Position numbers and translations under genes: made by a program. Shown here piece after piece: positions 47,543-60,300 of a DNA stretch of 64,000 nt (positions within the stretch are counted from its first letter, which is position 1; each line of letters opens with the position of its first letter). This stretch comes from Glycera tridactyla (lineage: Eukaryota): positions 92,442,001 through 92,506,000 of the forward strand of contig OZ286460.1 in the NCBI GenBank assembly GCA_965644265.1. Reading direction: 5' to 3'. The notes under the pieces are model-generated. The model was not told the origin of the DNA and did no database searches. It was given only the letters and a program-made list of their open reading frames with translations.

Positions 47543-50500
47543 TTCAAATTCAAATTCAAATTCAAATTCAAAGACTTTTATTTAACTTTCACATCACGTA
47601 TACGCAACAATGGTGTCAGGATATGAATACGCGCGTGACAGAGATACCATAATAAATACATTGTAAAGAATGCCTAGGCTATGTGATAGAAGTGTGATTT
47701 CAGATGGGGAGTCCTTGGAAGTAGTCCTGAGCTACCATGTGTCTAATGCCTAATCCATGGTATTACAATATGATTTCAGGTCGGAATTCCTTAGACTGGA
47801 TACATTCGAGAAATAGAACACTGTTACGAAACATAGAAATTCCGCATTGGTGAGATAGATAGAATGCAGTACAAGGTAAAGTCGTACATGTAGAGAAGAC
47901 CTGAGTGAATATGACTATTTCAGGGCTCAGATGGTCTTCCTTGGGATAGCCACTTAATCACATGGTCTCTGAACGATGTTCCTGTCAAATGCTGGTTCTT
48001 TTTTACATGTGCTGGAAGGGAATTCCACATTAGTGGTCCCTGGCATGCAAAAGACCTCTGCCCCGCATTAGTCCTACATAGAGGTAATTCGAAGTCCCCC
48101 TGCGCCGCACCTCGTGTATTGTGCAGGTGCGTTTCACTGAGTGGAATCAGTAAATCAGATAGATATGGAGGAACTGTTTTCTTGAGGGCCTTGTACATCA
48201 TCATAATAATATGAAGGTCCCTGGATTCAGATAGCCGGAGTATGCATGTATTACTATGCATTTCGTCAGTCGAGGCCCATCTGTTGCTCTTTGTAACAAT
48301 TCGCAGGGCTTTATTCTGTTGTAACTGTAGGAGATGGGAGTTCTTGGCTGTGATTTGCCTGAAAACTGTGTCACAGTATGAGAAAAGGGGTAAGACTATA
48401 GCTCGGTATAGTGTTAGACTAGCACTTTCTGTCAGGAATTCTCGGGATTTTCCCAACATGTACAGCCTCTGACTGACCTTCTTTGTGACATATGCAATAT
48501 GTTCAGAGAAAGATAATGTCTGGTCAAGGTACATACCCAGGTATTTGAATTTCTCTACTTGCTCAATGGTTTCAGAATTAATACAAATATCACTGTGAGG
48601 CACACCGGACAACATTTGTCGAGTTCCAAAGTACATGGCCTTTGTCTTCTTGACATTGAGAAACAGCCTATTTGTATTAAGCCATTTCTCAATGCCAAGG
48701 AGATCAAGCTTGATTTTCTCTTGAGTTTCTGCTATGTTTTCAGATGTGCTATAGATGGCCGTATCGTCTGCATATAAAGAACATTCAGAATGCTTCAGAA
48801 TACTTGGGAGATCGTTGATATACAGGATGAATAGCAGTGGACCCAACGTAGACCCCTGGGGAACCCCACAAGTCACTTCGAGTGCGTCTGAGAGACTGCC
48901 ATTGATTTTTGTTCGTTGAAGTCTATCGGTCAGAAAGTTCTTAAACCAATGAAGTTCTACATCTTGAATTCCAGTTTGAGATAGTTTATCTAGGAGTCTA
49001 TCGTGTGAGATAGTATCAAACGCTTTGCGGAAATCCAAATAAATCACAGCTGTCGTGAGGCCTTTATCCATGTTTGATAGTAGTTGGCTTGTGAAGTACA
49101 AGAGTGCTGTTTCTGTAGAATGTTGGGGTCTGAAGCCTGATTGAGATTTGTTCAGGATTGAGTGAGCTTTAAGAAAATCATAGAGTTGTTTGTGTACAAT
49201 CTTTTCGACAAATTTAGATATGAATGGAAGGATGGAGATTGGTCGATAATTAGAAGGGTCTGAACGATTTCCTTCTTTGAAAATAGGTGTGACTTGTGAG
49301 GTTTTCCAGGAGCCCGGGAATTGTCCTGTCCTGAGGGATATACAGAGTACATTGTGTAACAGTGGTGCTAGGATGTCAGCTCCATCTCTCAGAAACCTTG
49401 AGTATATACCATGGATGCCAGTGGGTTTACCCAGCTTGAAGCATTTGAGAAAGTTCTGAATATCAGCTAGTGAAGGCAAGGTGAATTTAAAAAGCTCAGG
49501 ACCTCTAGGCAATTCAATTTCTTCGTTCAGGAATGGGCCAGTAATTTTTGAGGAAAGATTGGGTCCAATGTCAGTGGAGAATTTATTGTAGATATTGGCC
49601 ATTGTTTCAGGGTCTGTGTGGCCCTCCAAATCAAGGATAGAGTTGTTCTTACTTTTCCGGGGAAGTAGCCGCGACAGCTCTTTCCAGAGTTTGGCCATGT
49701 TATCTGAATGCTCCTGGATCTGTGTCAGAAAGTAATTTCTTTTGAGCCTTTTTGCCATGTAGTTCTTCTGGTTTCTGAGATTGCGACTTAATGCTTCATC
49801 AACTGGGTTGCCCGACTTTTTTGCCTTGGTATATGCATCTTTAAAGTCATGCAGTGCTGATATGTACTCGTCACCCAACCATGGTACATTTTCGATTCTG
49901 ATCTTCATATTTTTGAACGGTGCAATCTTGTCAGCTGCGTTGGCTATACAGTCTAGTAATAATCTGAAGTCTTCGTCAGCATTTTCGCCTGTAAACACAC
50001 ATGACTCCAATGCTCTTCTCAACAAATCTCTAAACATTTCAGCAGAGTAGTCTTTGAGAGTTCTGGCAGTGATAGCCTTCCTGCTTTTATCTATTTTTAC
50101 CCTGGTACGTGAGACAATGACCAGGTCATGGTCACTAAGGCCACTGTCAAAGACAAGCGAAGTATGATACATCTCTGGACGGTTGACAAAAATGACATCA
50201 AGGAGCGTAGTACCCGTAAGACCCAGTCTTGTAGGTCTTGTGATGATCTGTGAAAGAGATTGGGTTTTCTCAAAATTTAGTAATAATTTTCTGTTGGGTG
50301 AAGGTACGAGATAATTAATATTCATATCCCCAAGAACCAGGATATCCTTCACGGCCAATGCATCCAATTCATTCAGATGATTTGATAGCTGTTGAATAGC
50401 TTCAAAAGGGTCGCCGCCTGGAGGCCTGTATATATTCAGAATGTAAATGGGCCTTGAACGAATGAGTTCTAATTTCATACCCAGGCATTTCGGTTCATGT

Positions 50501-50592
50501 CCTTGGCCTGAATTGTCAATTGATTGCATATGATTTCGAACAGATGATATAGATATGCGTGATATTTCATGGATTTTTTTCAGGTTTTTCAC
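47543..50592 (-). mobile_element. Young 5'-truncated CR1/L2-group LINE with intact 3' end
   Basis: Open ORF2, about 340-bp 3' UTR, AATAAA (47577-47582, minus strand), then a (TTTGAA)5 tail at 47543-47572. Confidence 0.95.
47920..50592 (-). CDS. LINE ORF2: C-terminal half of AP endonuclease plus complete reverse transcriptase (890 codons, no stops)
   Basis: IYRPP, LGDMNIN, PTR...LLDVIF and SDHDLV (APE). NYRPISIL, QSGFR, LDFRKAFDTISH, GVPQGSTLGPLLF, LYADDT and FKYLG (RT). GPLMWNSLP at the C-terminus. Confidence 0.95.
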   Translation of the reverse strand: MKNLKKIHEISRISISSVRNHMQSIDNSGQGHEPKCLGMKLELIRSRPIYILNIYRPPGGDPFEAIQQLSNHLNELDALAVKDILVLGDMNINYLVPSPNRKLLLNFEKTQSLSQIITRPTRLGLTGTTLLDVIFVNRPEMYHTSLVFDSGLSDHDLVIVSRTRVKIDKSRKAITARTLKDYSAEMFRDLLRRALESCVFTGENADEDFRLLLDCIANAADKIAPFKNMKIRIENVPWLGDEYISALHDFKDAYTKAKKSGNPVDEALSRNLRNQKNYMAKRLKRNYFLTQIQEHSDNMAKLWKELSRLLPRKSKNNSILDLEGHTDPETMANIYNKFSTDIGPNLSSKITGPFLNEEIELPRGPELFKFTLPSLADIQNFLKCFKLGKPTGIHGIYSRFLRDGADILAPLLHNVLCISLRTGQFPGSWKTSQVTPIFKEGNRSDPSNYRPISILPFISKFVEKIVHKQLYDFLKAHSILNKSQSGFRPQHSTETALLYFTSQLLSNMDKGLTTAVIYLDFRKAFDTISHDRLLDKLSQTGIQDVELHWFKNFLTDRLQRTKINGSLSDALEVTCGVPQGSTLGPLLFILYINDLPSILKHSECSLYADDTAIYSTSENIAETQEKIKLDLLGIEKWLNTNRLFLNVKKTKAMYFGTRQMLSGVPHSDICINSETIEQVEKFKYLGMYLDQTLSFSEHIAYVTKKVSQRLYMLGKSREFLTESASLTLYRAIVLPLFSYCDTVFRQITAKNSHLLQLQQNKALRIVTKSNRWASTDEMHSNTCILRLSESRDLHIIMMMYKALKKTVPPYLSDLLIPLSETHLHNTRGAAQGDFELPLCRTNAGQRSFACQGPLMWNSLPAHVKKNQHLTGTSFRDHVIKWLSQGRPSEP

Positions 50593-52649
50593 AGGAGCCC
50601 TTATGCGGTTTATTTTTCTAGCATGTGGCCTTCAGAATAAGGTCACATCGTGACATCTCTCATGTATGTGGGACCCGTATGGTGCCTGCTTTTTGTGGCT
50701 ATCAAATGGCACAGCTCATCCACTGTGCTCAGAAATGTAACACCACCAGCTGACCTAGTACACAGATTATTCAGCCAATGAGGGTGTGGAAGTGTCTCTG
50801 GTTTCCCTATATTTTTCCAAACCTTCTAATGACCATGAATTCTTGATATGATTGATTTAATTCATATTGCTTCCCCATGCACTTCATTATGGTTAGGTAT
50901 AAGTGGGTATAAAAACCCAAACTATGTATATCTAGGGTATAAAAGCAAATCTTCCTGGCAATGGAGTAGAGTTGATCATATCTCACTTGGTGGTCCTATC
51001 ATGGGATCTCACAAGGTCCAAATTGTGTCGATCTAAAGGGACAACATCAAATGAACAGCGCAACCATGTGCCTAGTTGTTTGGTCATTGGCACGAGAATG
51101 TCCAAAACATTATAAATTCTGATCATGATTGCCTCGATTGCCCAATCAATCAACACCTCAAAGAGGTGGAATCGTGTTGATATACCTGACCATGTGCCCA
51201 TATTGCAAAGATCATTCCGTTTGATCGAATAGTTTGTGGCGATGATCAAATCACATTAATTGTGTGAGGGATGGATGCAGTAATCATGCCATAAAAGAAT
51301 ATGTGAAGTGAGTTCTCGAACAAAGGGGGTCCCTTATGTCTTCAACGATGAGCCACTGGTTACCAAGGGAGAGAGCATAACCATAGAGGCATTTTCACTC
51401 TTGACACGAGCCACCTTTGATTTCCATAGTTTGGGGTTTCTTGCATCACATATATCCTGATGATATGATTAGGAACTCATTGATTGCATGAAGATGAATG
51501 GATTTAATTCATACTGAACCCCATTACCTACTGAAAATGGTCTCTCAGAGCAGAATAGTTGCTTGCAGAAATATCATCCTGAGTGGTCCTGGTGAATCCT
51601 GTTATGTGAGCTTCAAATGGCCGGACATTGATTTAATCTGGTGGTGTGTAACAAGGCAGCAGTCGGGGGAGATATTCACCAGATGGCAGGCAGTATTGAT
51701 GTGGTGCAGTAGTGGCATCTAGCCGAAGGCAGTGAACTCGAGCTTTCTCTGCAGACCACAGGTGGTGCATTCATGGTTCTCTACTGGGCAGAGCCACCTT
51801 GTGTTGATAGTGAGGATCGACACCTTGGATGGGGTCATTATGAAAGATGGCCTGGCTATGACCAGTCTGGATGAAACCATTTGCTTGGCTTAAGTGCATT
51901 TTAGCTCTTACCATCTGATTCTACTATACCTGCAAACCTGCATACACAATATAGATCTTGCTTGACTTTGAGAATGCATAAGGGAAGAAAAGTACACCAC
52001 ACTGATCCAGCATAATAGACATTGCAAGCATGACATGAACAGCTGAGTCAGAACTGGGCAGTTCATCAGTGAAATTCCAGGCTAGATGTTTCATGCACCT
52101 TTATTGTCAGTCCCCAGAAAGGGGGGAGATCTGTTTCTAAAGATATGTTTTTTTTTTTTAATTCTTCATTTACTCTCACAAAAAGGTTCCATATTTGAAA
52201 ACCAGATACACTCAGAACCAATGAGACCACAACAGTAACACAAATAGTAATGTATACAATATGTACAGAGAAGAGAGAGTGAGGTTGGGATAGGTACAGC
52301 ATGAGTGCTCGACATCTAGGCAAATCGCCATAAGATGAGTAGATACAGGTATTGGTATGACCAGAGATCATGCCATGTGGTGGTAACGACTATCAATCTT
52401 TAAATGGTGTGAAGACTTAACTTTGCTATGGAGATCAGTTTTTTTATTTATGCAGTGTTTTGTGTTTCTCGTGAGTTTACAAATCCTCATTAAGTGCATT
52501 CCAAAGGGAACATGAACTTGATAGAAAAGAGAGATGCCCGAGGAGGACTTGTTGGAGCTGTTACCACAATTGATTCTTATCACGTTTTCGGTGGTACCAT
52601 AGTATTCAACTTTGAGAATAGTCTTGGAGAAAGATAATAATTTATCCCA

Positions 52650-52870
52650 TTTTTGGCTCGCATGCGAAGCAAAGTGCGAGTCTATGTAATGATGCAGGTG
52701 GTCTGTCCATTTGGTTGCGTCCGTCCATCTGTCCGGTCATCACTTTGTAGAACGTAAACTTTTAGGTTAAAGTTTTGCATACAAGTTTTTCTTTGAAGCC
52801 TCACTCAGTCAATATTGCACCTACATTCTTCAAATTTGGTATACATATGCATCAGTAGGTGGACAACAAT
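52650..52870 (+). mobile_element. Helentron/HINE-like 5' fragment
   Basis: T-run, hairpin ctcgca...tgcgag containing GCGAAGC, and gtccgtccatctgtccg microsatellite. Core shared with 15463-15665. Confidence 0.5.
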
Positions 52871-53410
52871 GTGAGTGCATTCTTTTTCATAATCCATCCC
52901 ATATAGTTGGGAAATTTTGAGAGAAAACAAGACTTCCTTATTTGTGAGTTTTGAATTTTTTGAGAGAGCTGAACCCATTCACTCTGTCTGCATTGCATAA
53001 GACCACATGGAAACTGACCATGCCTCTTTTGTTTCTCTGCCTGTGTTGGGGAAGACCTCTCCATAATCAACATCTATTCTTAAGTAATTAAATTTGGGAT
53101 TCTTCGGAAACTGACAATGTCTCTTTGTTCTCTACCTGTGTTATGTAACACCTTTCCGTAATCGACATCTCTTCTGGAGTCATTGATAATGGCATGTAGT
53201 CTATATCATCAACTCCAAGGTCAAACACAAGTTTGCNNNNNNNNNNNNNNNNNNNNNNNNNNNNNNNNNNNNNNNNNNNNNNNNNNNNNNNNNNNNNNNN
53301 NNNNNNNNNNNNNNNNNNNNNNNNNNNNNNNNNNNNNNNNNNNNNNNNNNNNNNNNNNNNNNNNNNNNNNNNNNNNNNNNNNNNNNNNNNNNNNNNNNNN
53401 NNNNNNNNNN

Positions 53411-53750
53411 TGCATGCAGCTGCAGGGTGGTGTCAGGGAGGGGGATGGAGGAGTTTAGGTTGGGGTGGGTGTGGGGTGTGTGCATGAGTGTGCTGGGGTG
53501 GGGATGGGTGGGTGATAGGGGTAGAGGGTGGGTGGTGGGGGTAGGGAGCTTGGTGGGGGTAGAGGGTGTGGCCAGAGATAGGATGGATGGCTGGGGCTGG
53601 GGGGCAGGGGTGGGGTTGGGGGATCTAGGGGTTTTGTGTGTGCATGTGTGTGGGTTGGGGGAGGGGAGTGGGTGGTTGTTGGTGGGCAGGGGTGAAGGTA
53701 GGGGTAGGAGGAGGGGATGTGGCTGGGGTGGAGGTGGGGGTAGGGATGGG
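53411..53750. repeat. G/T-rich low-complexity tract (many GGG runs)
   Basis: Direct reading; a similar tract lies at 54440-54620. Confidence 0.85.
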
Positions 53751-53751
53751 T

Positions 53752-54650
53752 TGACAATGACAATGACAATGACAAATGACAAATGACAATGACAAAATAA
53801 CTTTATTAGGTGAAAGCAGCAATGTTACAGAACAATATATCACACAAAATAGTCATGTATTCAGACCCTGAGGTCTGTTCATTCTGCTGCGACCTGTTTG
53901 GCTAAAATTGGTCTATAGTATAGGTCAAAATAAAAATTACCCAAAGATCCAAAATTGACTTTTTATATCTATTTCAACGAGAAAAAAACCTGCATTCCTA
54001 CATAATACTGCAATTTGGTACACATTATGAGGTAAGATATTTTGCCTTATATCGATTTTTAAAGGTACCTATCGTTGGCGCTTCCCTGATATTCGAGTCA
54101 ATTGAGTTCAATGTAATGGGTCCCACAATTTTTATACCCTTTTCACCAAATTTTGTTGTTGTTCTTGGTACAAAAAGATCGTTTCTGCTCACTGATCTAG
54201 TGTTTCTGCCATGACTTTCTTGAACCCATTGGAAACTGGCTTTCAAGTTGTTACATGCAATGTGACCAGACAAAATTTTGTACATGAACAATGATAAATG
54301 ATACTTCCCGCGGTCTTCTAGAGAACATAGATCAAGCTCATGGTGCATCTCTGATGAGCTAGTCATCCAATCAGCTTTCAAGATCAACCTGCATGCTGCA
54401 TTCTGCATCACACCCAATCTCTTCAAGTTGGTTTCACTAGCATGCAGGTTGTGTCCAGGGTGGAGGTGGGGGTGGTGCCGAGGATGGGTGATGGTGGAGT
54501 TTGGGTGTGTTGGGATGGGGCGGGTGTGGGGCTGTGTACAAGAGTGTGTGTGAGGGGGGGGGGGGCTGGGGTTGGGGGTGTTGCTGGGGTCGGGGGTGGG
54601 TGTGATGTGTCCCCTTTCGACAAGCGCCGTGCATGCGAGCCTTTTGTGCA
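53752..54650 (-). mobile_element. 3' fragment of a CR1/L2-group LINE with (CATTGT)n tail, interrupted by a G-rich tract
   Basis: RLACTALV ... ASETNLKRLGVMQNAACRLIL ... HGRNTRS ... FGEKGIKIVGPITLNSID..IRE..TIGTFK. AATAAA at 53802-53807 (minus strand) precedes the tail. Confidence 0.85.
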
Positions 54651-57600
54651 TTTATGCCTTATTTGTTTTATTTTCTTCGCCCTTATATACCAGGTGACAT
54701 TGACAGGAGACCTTAAGATTGGAGAATTCACACAATACCAATACAAGTTTCTGGCAGGGATCTCTCCAGTCGAACTCGCTCTTTTTGGTTCATCTTCGCT
54801 AAAATGCAATATTTCTAGTTAATTTTCATGATTACAGTGATGATTTGATGTTCATGGAGCAAAACTATGACTTTTTTGCCAGTGATTATATTTTCCTCAT
54901 GTCTATTTGATGTATTTTTCAGAGAACACTGTTCTATTTTTTGTCTGCAGGGATCCAAGACTACATGGCAGATGCATCGCCACTCGGTGAAACCATCACA
55001 CAAACCATCAACGGCTCTTACCGTAAGTCAACAACTCTCCATCCTCCTCTTGTTTTGTCATCTTTTCAGCGTTAGCCCATTACTATGCCCTTGCAACTGA
55101 CAGTACTACTGAGCATATATTACTCTAAAAAATCACCGATACTGGGAGCACCTCTCCTGATCTTTTGAGTGTCCTCAGGGTTCAGCCGAATCAGCTGCCA
55201 GCTAGTTATGTCCGTTGGATCAGTTGACGGTTGAATCTTGAGCGGAGTTCAAGATGATCTCTGATTCCAATGCAACAGTATCACTGTTTGAAGCCTTGAT
55301 CTACTGTCACAAGTTGAAGGGATCTTCCTGAAACAGGGATGATTTTACGCTGTGCCCTGTGCTAAATGGCACATAAATTGTAAAAGCGCACATTAAACCA
55401 TATATCTTGTGCCTAGAAGGCACCTGAAATTTTCCATTGTCTGATATGATTACATGGTTTGAGGCACACACAAATCTGGAATGGCATATGGAATCTGCAT
55501 CAATGTGCCTGAAAGACCCATACATGTTGCCAAGTAAAGTAATATAGGTGAATTATAAGACTGAGACAATCATCATTGATGTGCTGTAGCCNNNNNNNNN
55601 NNNNNNNNNNNNNNNNNNNNNNNNNNNNNNNNNNNNNNNNNNNNNNNNNNNNNNNNNNNNNNNNNNNNNNNNNNNNNNNNNNNNNNNNNNNNNNNNNNNN
55701 NNNNNNNNNNNNNNNNNNNNNNNNNNNNNNNNNNNNNNNNNNNNNNNNNNNNNNNNNNNNNNNNNNTGTTGATACTCTTCTAACGGAGAAGTGGCATCAC
55801 TTTATGAGTTCATTTGATATGCAGATACTTCATTTTTTCTACAGAAAGTGTGGATTTTGGAAGTAATGTTTGTCCACGTGTGATTTGTTTGTTGTGCAGT
55901 ATTCCATTCTTGTAAACAGAGACATTTTCGTATTTATGATTGGACAGATGAACGATAGTGATGAATCATGACAGGTTTGAGTTTCCACTTCACATGGATG
56001 TGGCTGGGTATTCTTTACATGATCTCATGGATTGAAACCTGATCCTTCCCTTCTCAATAACTGCAATTGATCATGGTATGAAAGGTGGGGACATATGGTG
56101 TGTTTATCGAGTAGAAGTATGTTATTTTGTCAGCCCGAATCCTACCATCTGATGTTTAGAAGCTGAATCCCGAGGTGCGCTGACTCCGAACACGGTTTTC
56201 GCAGCTCCCTCCCCACCTCCGATATTGTGGAGGTTAGGAGGGAGAGAGATTACAGAATGAAATTTGTGCAGCCATACACCGACAAACTTGTTTTCTTCAC
56301 TTCGACCCCCATCCTGCTTGAAACGAGTAAATCTGATCTCTTACACAAGATTTCTCCCTTTCCTGGATGATTTAAAAAAATCAATCGATATCCGTTATAT
56401 CAGTGAAAAATGCAGTCACGAGTTGTCAACAAAATGTGCAGAAGGCAATTTTTTGAACATTTTGGCTGTGCTGCTATCAGGACCACGAGGAAGCTATTCT
56501 TGCGGATGAACTTCTCATGTTCGCTTGTGTAATCGCACCAGCAGTGAGTTCTCGAGTGTTTCTTTGTAAAAAGTTTGTCCACTCGTCTAGCATCAGTCAG
56601 CAATGCAGGCATCAACAATCGGACAATAGACTCTATTCTTCTCCAATGAAGTCATAGGTTGTTTGTTAATATGCAGATATTTTGCCTATATGAAATCCTG
56701 TGCTAAAAGAAATCTTGTCATTAGTTGAAACAAAATATTTCGGTCCCATGACATTTTGCTTAAGACAGGTTTTACTGTATATGCAAAAGGCAAGCAGTGT
56801 GAAATGAGCATAGAGACTTTCATAACATCGTAGTTTTCAATAACTGGGTGGAAATAGTGTGTCTTTGTGTCTTCTGTTTGATTGCAGTTTACCTTGTCTA
56901 CATCATATCTGCAAACTCTCTTTACAGACCTCTGCACAATTTGTCAGAATCTGTTTGGTATAATTTTTCTAGAGAAGTGTTCTTCTTGGTGTCATGTGAA
57001 CAAAGAGATTGCCATATCACATAATTTATCAAGCTCTTTATTTTTCCTGTCTGTGCCAACGTCTGTCCATCTGTGATCAACAGTCTGATTGATAGAACCT
57101 AATATATCATGCTAGGTCAGGTTACTGATCTCTCTATGTACGAAAAACAAACTCACAACCTAGCTCTTTACAATGACTCTCTTTCAGCACAATGGAAATA
57201 ATTTCAGCAATTCAGAAAGCACTTTGTATGAATTAGAAAGCGTCTCATCGAATTAGTTCACCCAAGTGAAAAATCAATGGCCTTTTTATTTCGAATCACA
57301 TTTTTCCACCCGAATAAATGAGATTAGGGAACTGGTCATCTACAATGAACCACCACCACCACCACCACCACCATCATGTTATTTGTAATGAGAATTACTT
57401 CAGCAAATCATTCAAGCAAAATGAATATTTCTTCAGCATTTGACTCCACTAATTAGCTATAGCTAAAACAATAAATAATCGACAGAACCCTGACTATGCT
57501 ACACTTCTGCAGTCACTCAGATATGAAAAATGGTCCAAAGTCATTTCTATCGTTTGTTTGAGCAAACCTAGCTCATAGGCACCTCTGAACATGAGGGGTA

Positions 57601-58221
57601 CATTTCCTGTTTTCTGTCCTGTTTTTTGACACCTTGTGTCAGCACAGAAGGCCGACTCAACTGAATTCACTGATGATATTAGTCTGTGAGGCCATGACCA
57701 GGGTCAGTGGTGGGTAAAATCTTGTGAATCATAAAACAAAAATTGATTCTTGCAAGCCTGCTTCTTGCGATAAACCAGTTTTCAATGGATGCTTCAGCAT
57801 GTTTAACAACGTGTCAGCAACCAATAGACTTGGTCACTTTTGCCACTTCCTCACGGGAATTCTCAGAACTGATTTCACCACATAGGACTGATTTAAAGGT
57901 TAACAGTGTAATTACCTTGCCATCTTCATGAGTAAGCTCTCAGTGCCATCATAGGCGAGGTTGTGAGAGATACATTAATCTTTCATCTCTGTTATAATCA
58001 CATGGACCACATGGGAATGATAAAAGGAGATGAACTTCTGGCCTCCATTGTTCATTGTAGAAAACATCCAAACTAGATGAGATAAGATAGCTGTTTAAGC
58101 TATTCCTACTGTCACCATGCCTCATCCCATCCCATCCCATCCCAACAATGAGTAACATTGCACTAAAAATTACTGTACATGTATTCCTAATGAAATTCCA
58201 TCTCACCATGTAAATGATATA

Positions 58222-60000
58222 CAGTCGAACCTCCCTATAACGACCACCCTTGGTCGCACGTCAGAGTGGTCGTTATTGGGAGGTGGTCGCTACAGAGAAG
58301 TTCTGATGAAAAATTACGTTGTGTTCCGTCTCTACACGCTAAGGTGGCAGCCATTACTGTAAACATCACAAAGAACCAAGATACCCGGATGTATGAACGA
58401 AACTCGCAGTATTTTGAACATGAAGACGATTTTAGTGGTTCTAGAAGGTCATCTTTCGAACTGTAAAGATGATTTGAAGAAATATGAAGAACTTTCGTTT
58501 AGAATTAAAAATGGTAACGATTTGAGAGCAGCGAGCAAGTGAGCAGATCTGAGCAGATTTTACGGTGTCGAGTTTGATCGGGCGGTCGCTGGAGGAGGGA
58601 GACCAGCCGCTGCTAGCTGATAGGCGGGGGAAGTGAGTTTATCTGAGCGGCGAGCAAGCGGAATCTGAGTGGTCGCTACAGAGAAGTTCTGATGAAAAAT
58701 ACGTTGTGTTCCGTCTCTACACGCTAAGGTGGCAGCCATTACTGTAAACATCACAAAGAACCAAGATACCCGGATGTATGAACGAAACTCGCAGTATTTT
58801 GAACATGAAGACGATTTTAGTGGTTCTAGAAGGTCATCTTTCGAACTGTAAAGATGATTTGAAGAAATATGAAGAACTTTCGTTTAGAATTAAAAATGGT
58901 AAAAAATTTGAGAGCAGCGAGCAAGAGAGCAGATCTGAGCAGATTTTACGGTGTCGAGTTTGATCGGGTGGTCGCTGGAGGAGGGAGACCAGCCGCTGCT
59001 AGCTGATAGGCGGGGGAAGTGAGTTTATCTGAGCGGCGAGCAAGCGGAATCTGAGTGGTCGCTACAGAGAAGTTCTGATGAAAAATACGTTGTGTTCCGT
59101 CTCTACACGCTAAGGTGGCAGCCATTACTGTAAACATCACAAAGAACCAAGATACCCGGATGTATGAACGAAACTCGCAGTATTTTGAACATGAAGACGA
59201 TTTTAGTGGTTCTAGAAGGTCATCTTTCGAACTGTAAAGATGATTTGAAGAAATATGAAGAACTTTCGTTTAGAATTAAAAATGGTAAAAAATTTGAGAG
59301 CAGCGAGCAAGAGAGCAGATCTGAGCAGATTTTACGGTGTCGAGTTTGATCGGGTGGTCGCTGGAGGAGGGAGACCAGCCGCTGCTAGCTGATAGGCGGG
59401 GGAAGTGAGTTTATCTGAGCGGCGAGCAAGCGGAATCTGAGCAGATTTCACGGTGTCGAGTTTGGTCGGAAGGTCGCTGGAGGAGGGAGACCGGCCGCTG
59501 CTAGCTGATAGGCGGGGGAAGTGAGTTTATCTGAGCGGCGAGCAAGCGGAATCTGAGCAGATTTCACGGTGTCAAGTTTGGTCGGAAGGTCGCTGGAGGA
59601 GGGAGACCGGCCGCTGCTTGCTTGTTGACGGGGAGGGTGAGTTCATCTAAGGGGCGAGCAAGCGGAATCTGAGCAGATTTTACGGTGTCGAGTTTGATCG
59701 GGCGGTCGCTGGAGGAGGGAGACCGGCCGCTGCTTGTTTGTTGACGGGGAGGGTGAGTTCATCTAAGGGGCGAGCAAGCGGAATCTGAGCAGATTTCACG
59801 GTCTCGAGTACGGCCGGCCGACAATGAGTGGTCTTTATTGGGAGGTCCGTGAACCAAACATGGCGGTCGCTGGCTGGAGGTTGGAGGTGGTCGCTATATG
59901 GAAGACAATTACAGTGAAAAATACGTCGGTCGCGGTCATAGGCGGTCGTTATAGGGAGGTGGTCGCCCTCTGGAGGTGGTCGTTAGAGGAGGTTCGACTG
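58222..60000. mobile_element. 1779-bp TA-flanked TIR element (cgaccacc variant of the MITE group) carrying an internal tandem array
   Basis: TA-cagtcgaacctccctataacgaccacc ... ggtggtcgttagaggaggttcgactg-TA. Confidence 0.92.
58283..59810. repeat. Hierarchical tandem array: 3 x 386 bp (58283, 58669, 59055), then 3 further 116-bp subunits (59441, 59557, 59673) and a partial one
   Basis: Unit starts read directly. The 116-bp unit is the tail of the 386-bp unit. Confidence 0.95.
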
Positions 60001-60300
60001 TACATGTATTTCTTGAAACTACTGTATTTTTATTGAAGTATTTCTCATCTTGCAAGATGAAATTATCCTCAGCTGGCTGATTTCTCAAGTGTTGGTGTGG
60101 TAGGGAAGGGGCATGTGATTTATTTGCAATAACTGTGATGGGATGAACAACATGAGATATCAGTCAGCAGGGGTCTACTATTTGCCAGCCCTGACCATCT
60201 CCCATCTCCATCTGCTACACCCATTGTATTTTAAAGTTCGCTTCACTATGGACGTTATAAGTCATTCAGTGACAGGCCTATTGGTTAGGGTGGAAATGAT

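Noticed and set aside
53201-53786. Pro/His-rich extensin-like ORFs
   Set aside because: Translations of a G-rich low-complexity tract, open in multiple frames.
58266-59349. Repeated 61-66-aa ORFs (MNETRSILNMK..., MMFTVMAATL...)
   Set aside because: By-products of the 386-bp tandem unit; no domain signature.
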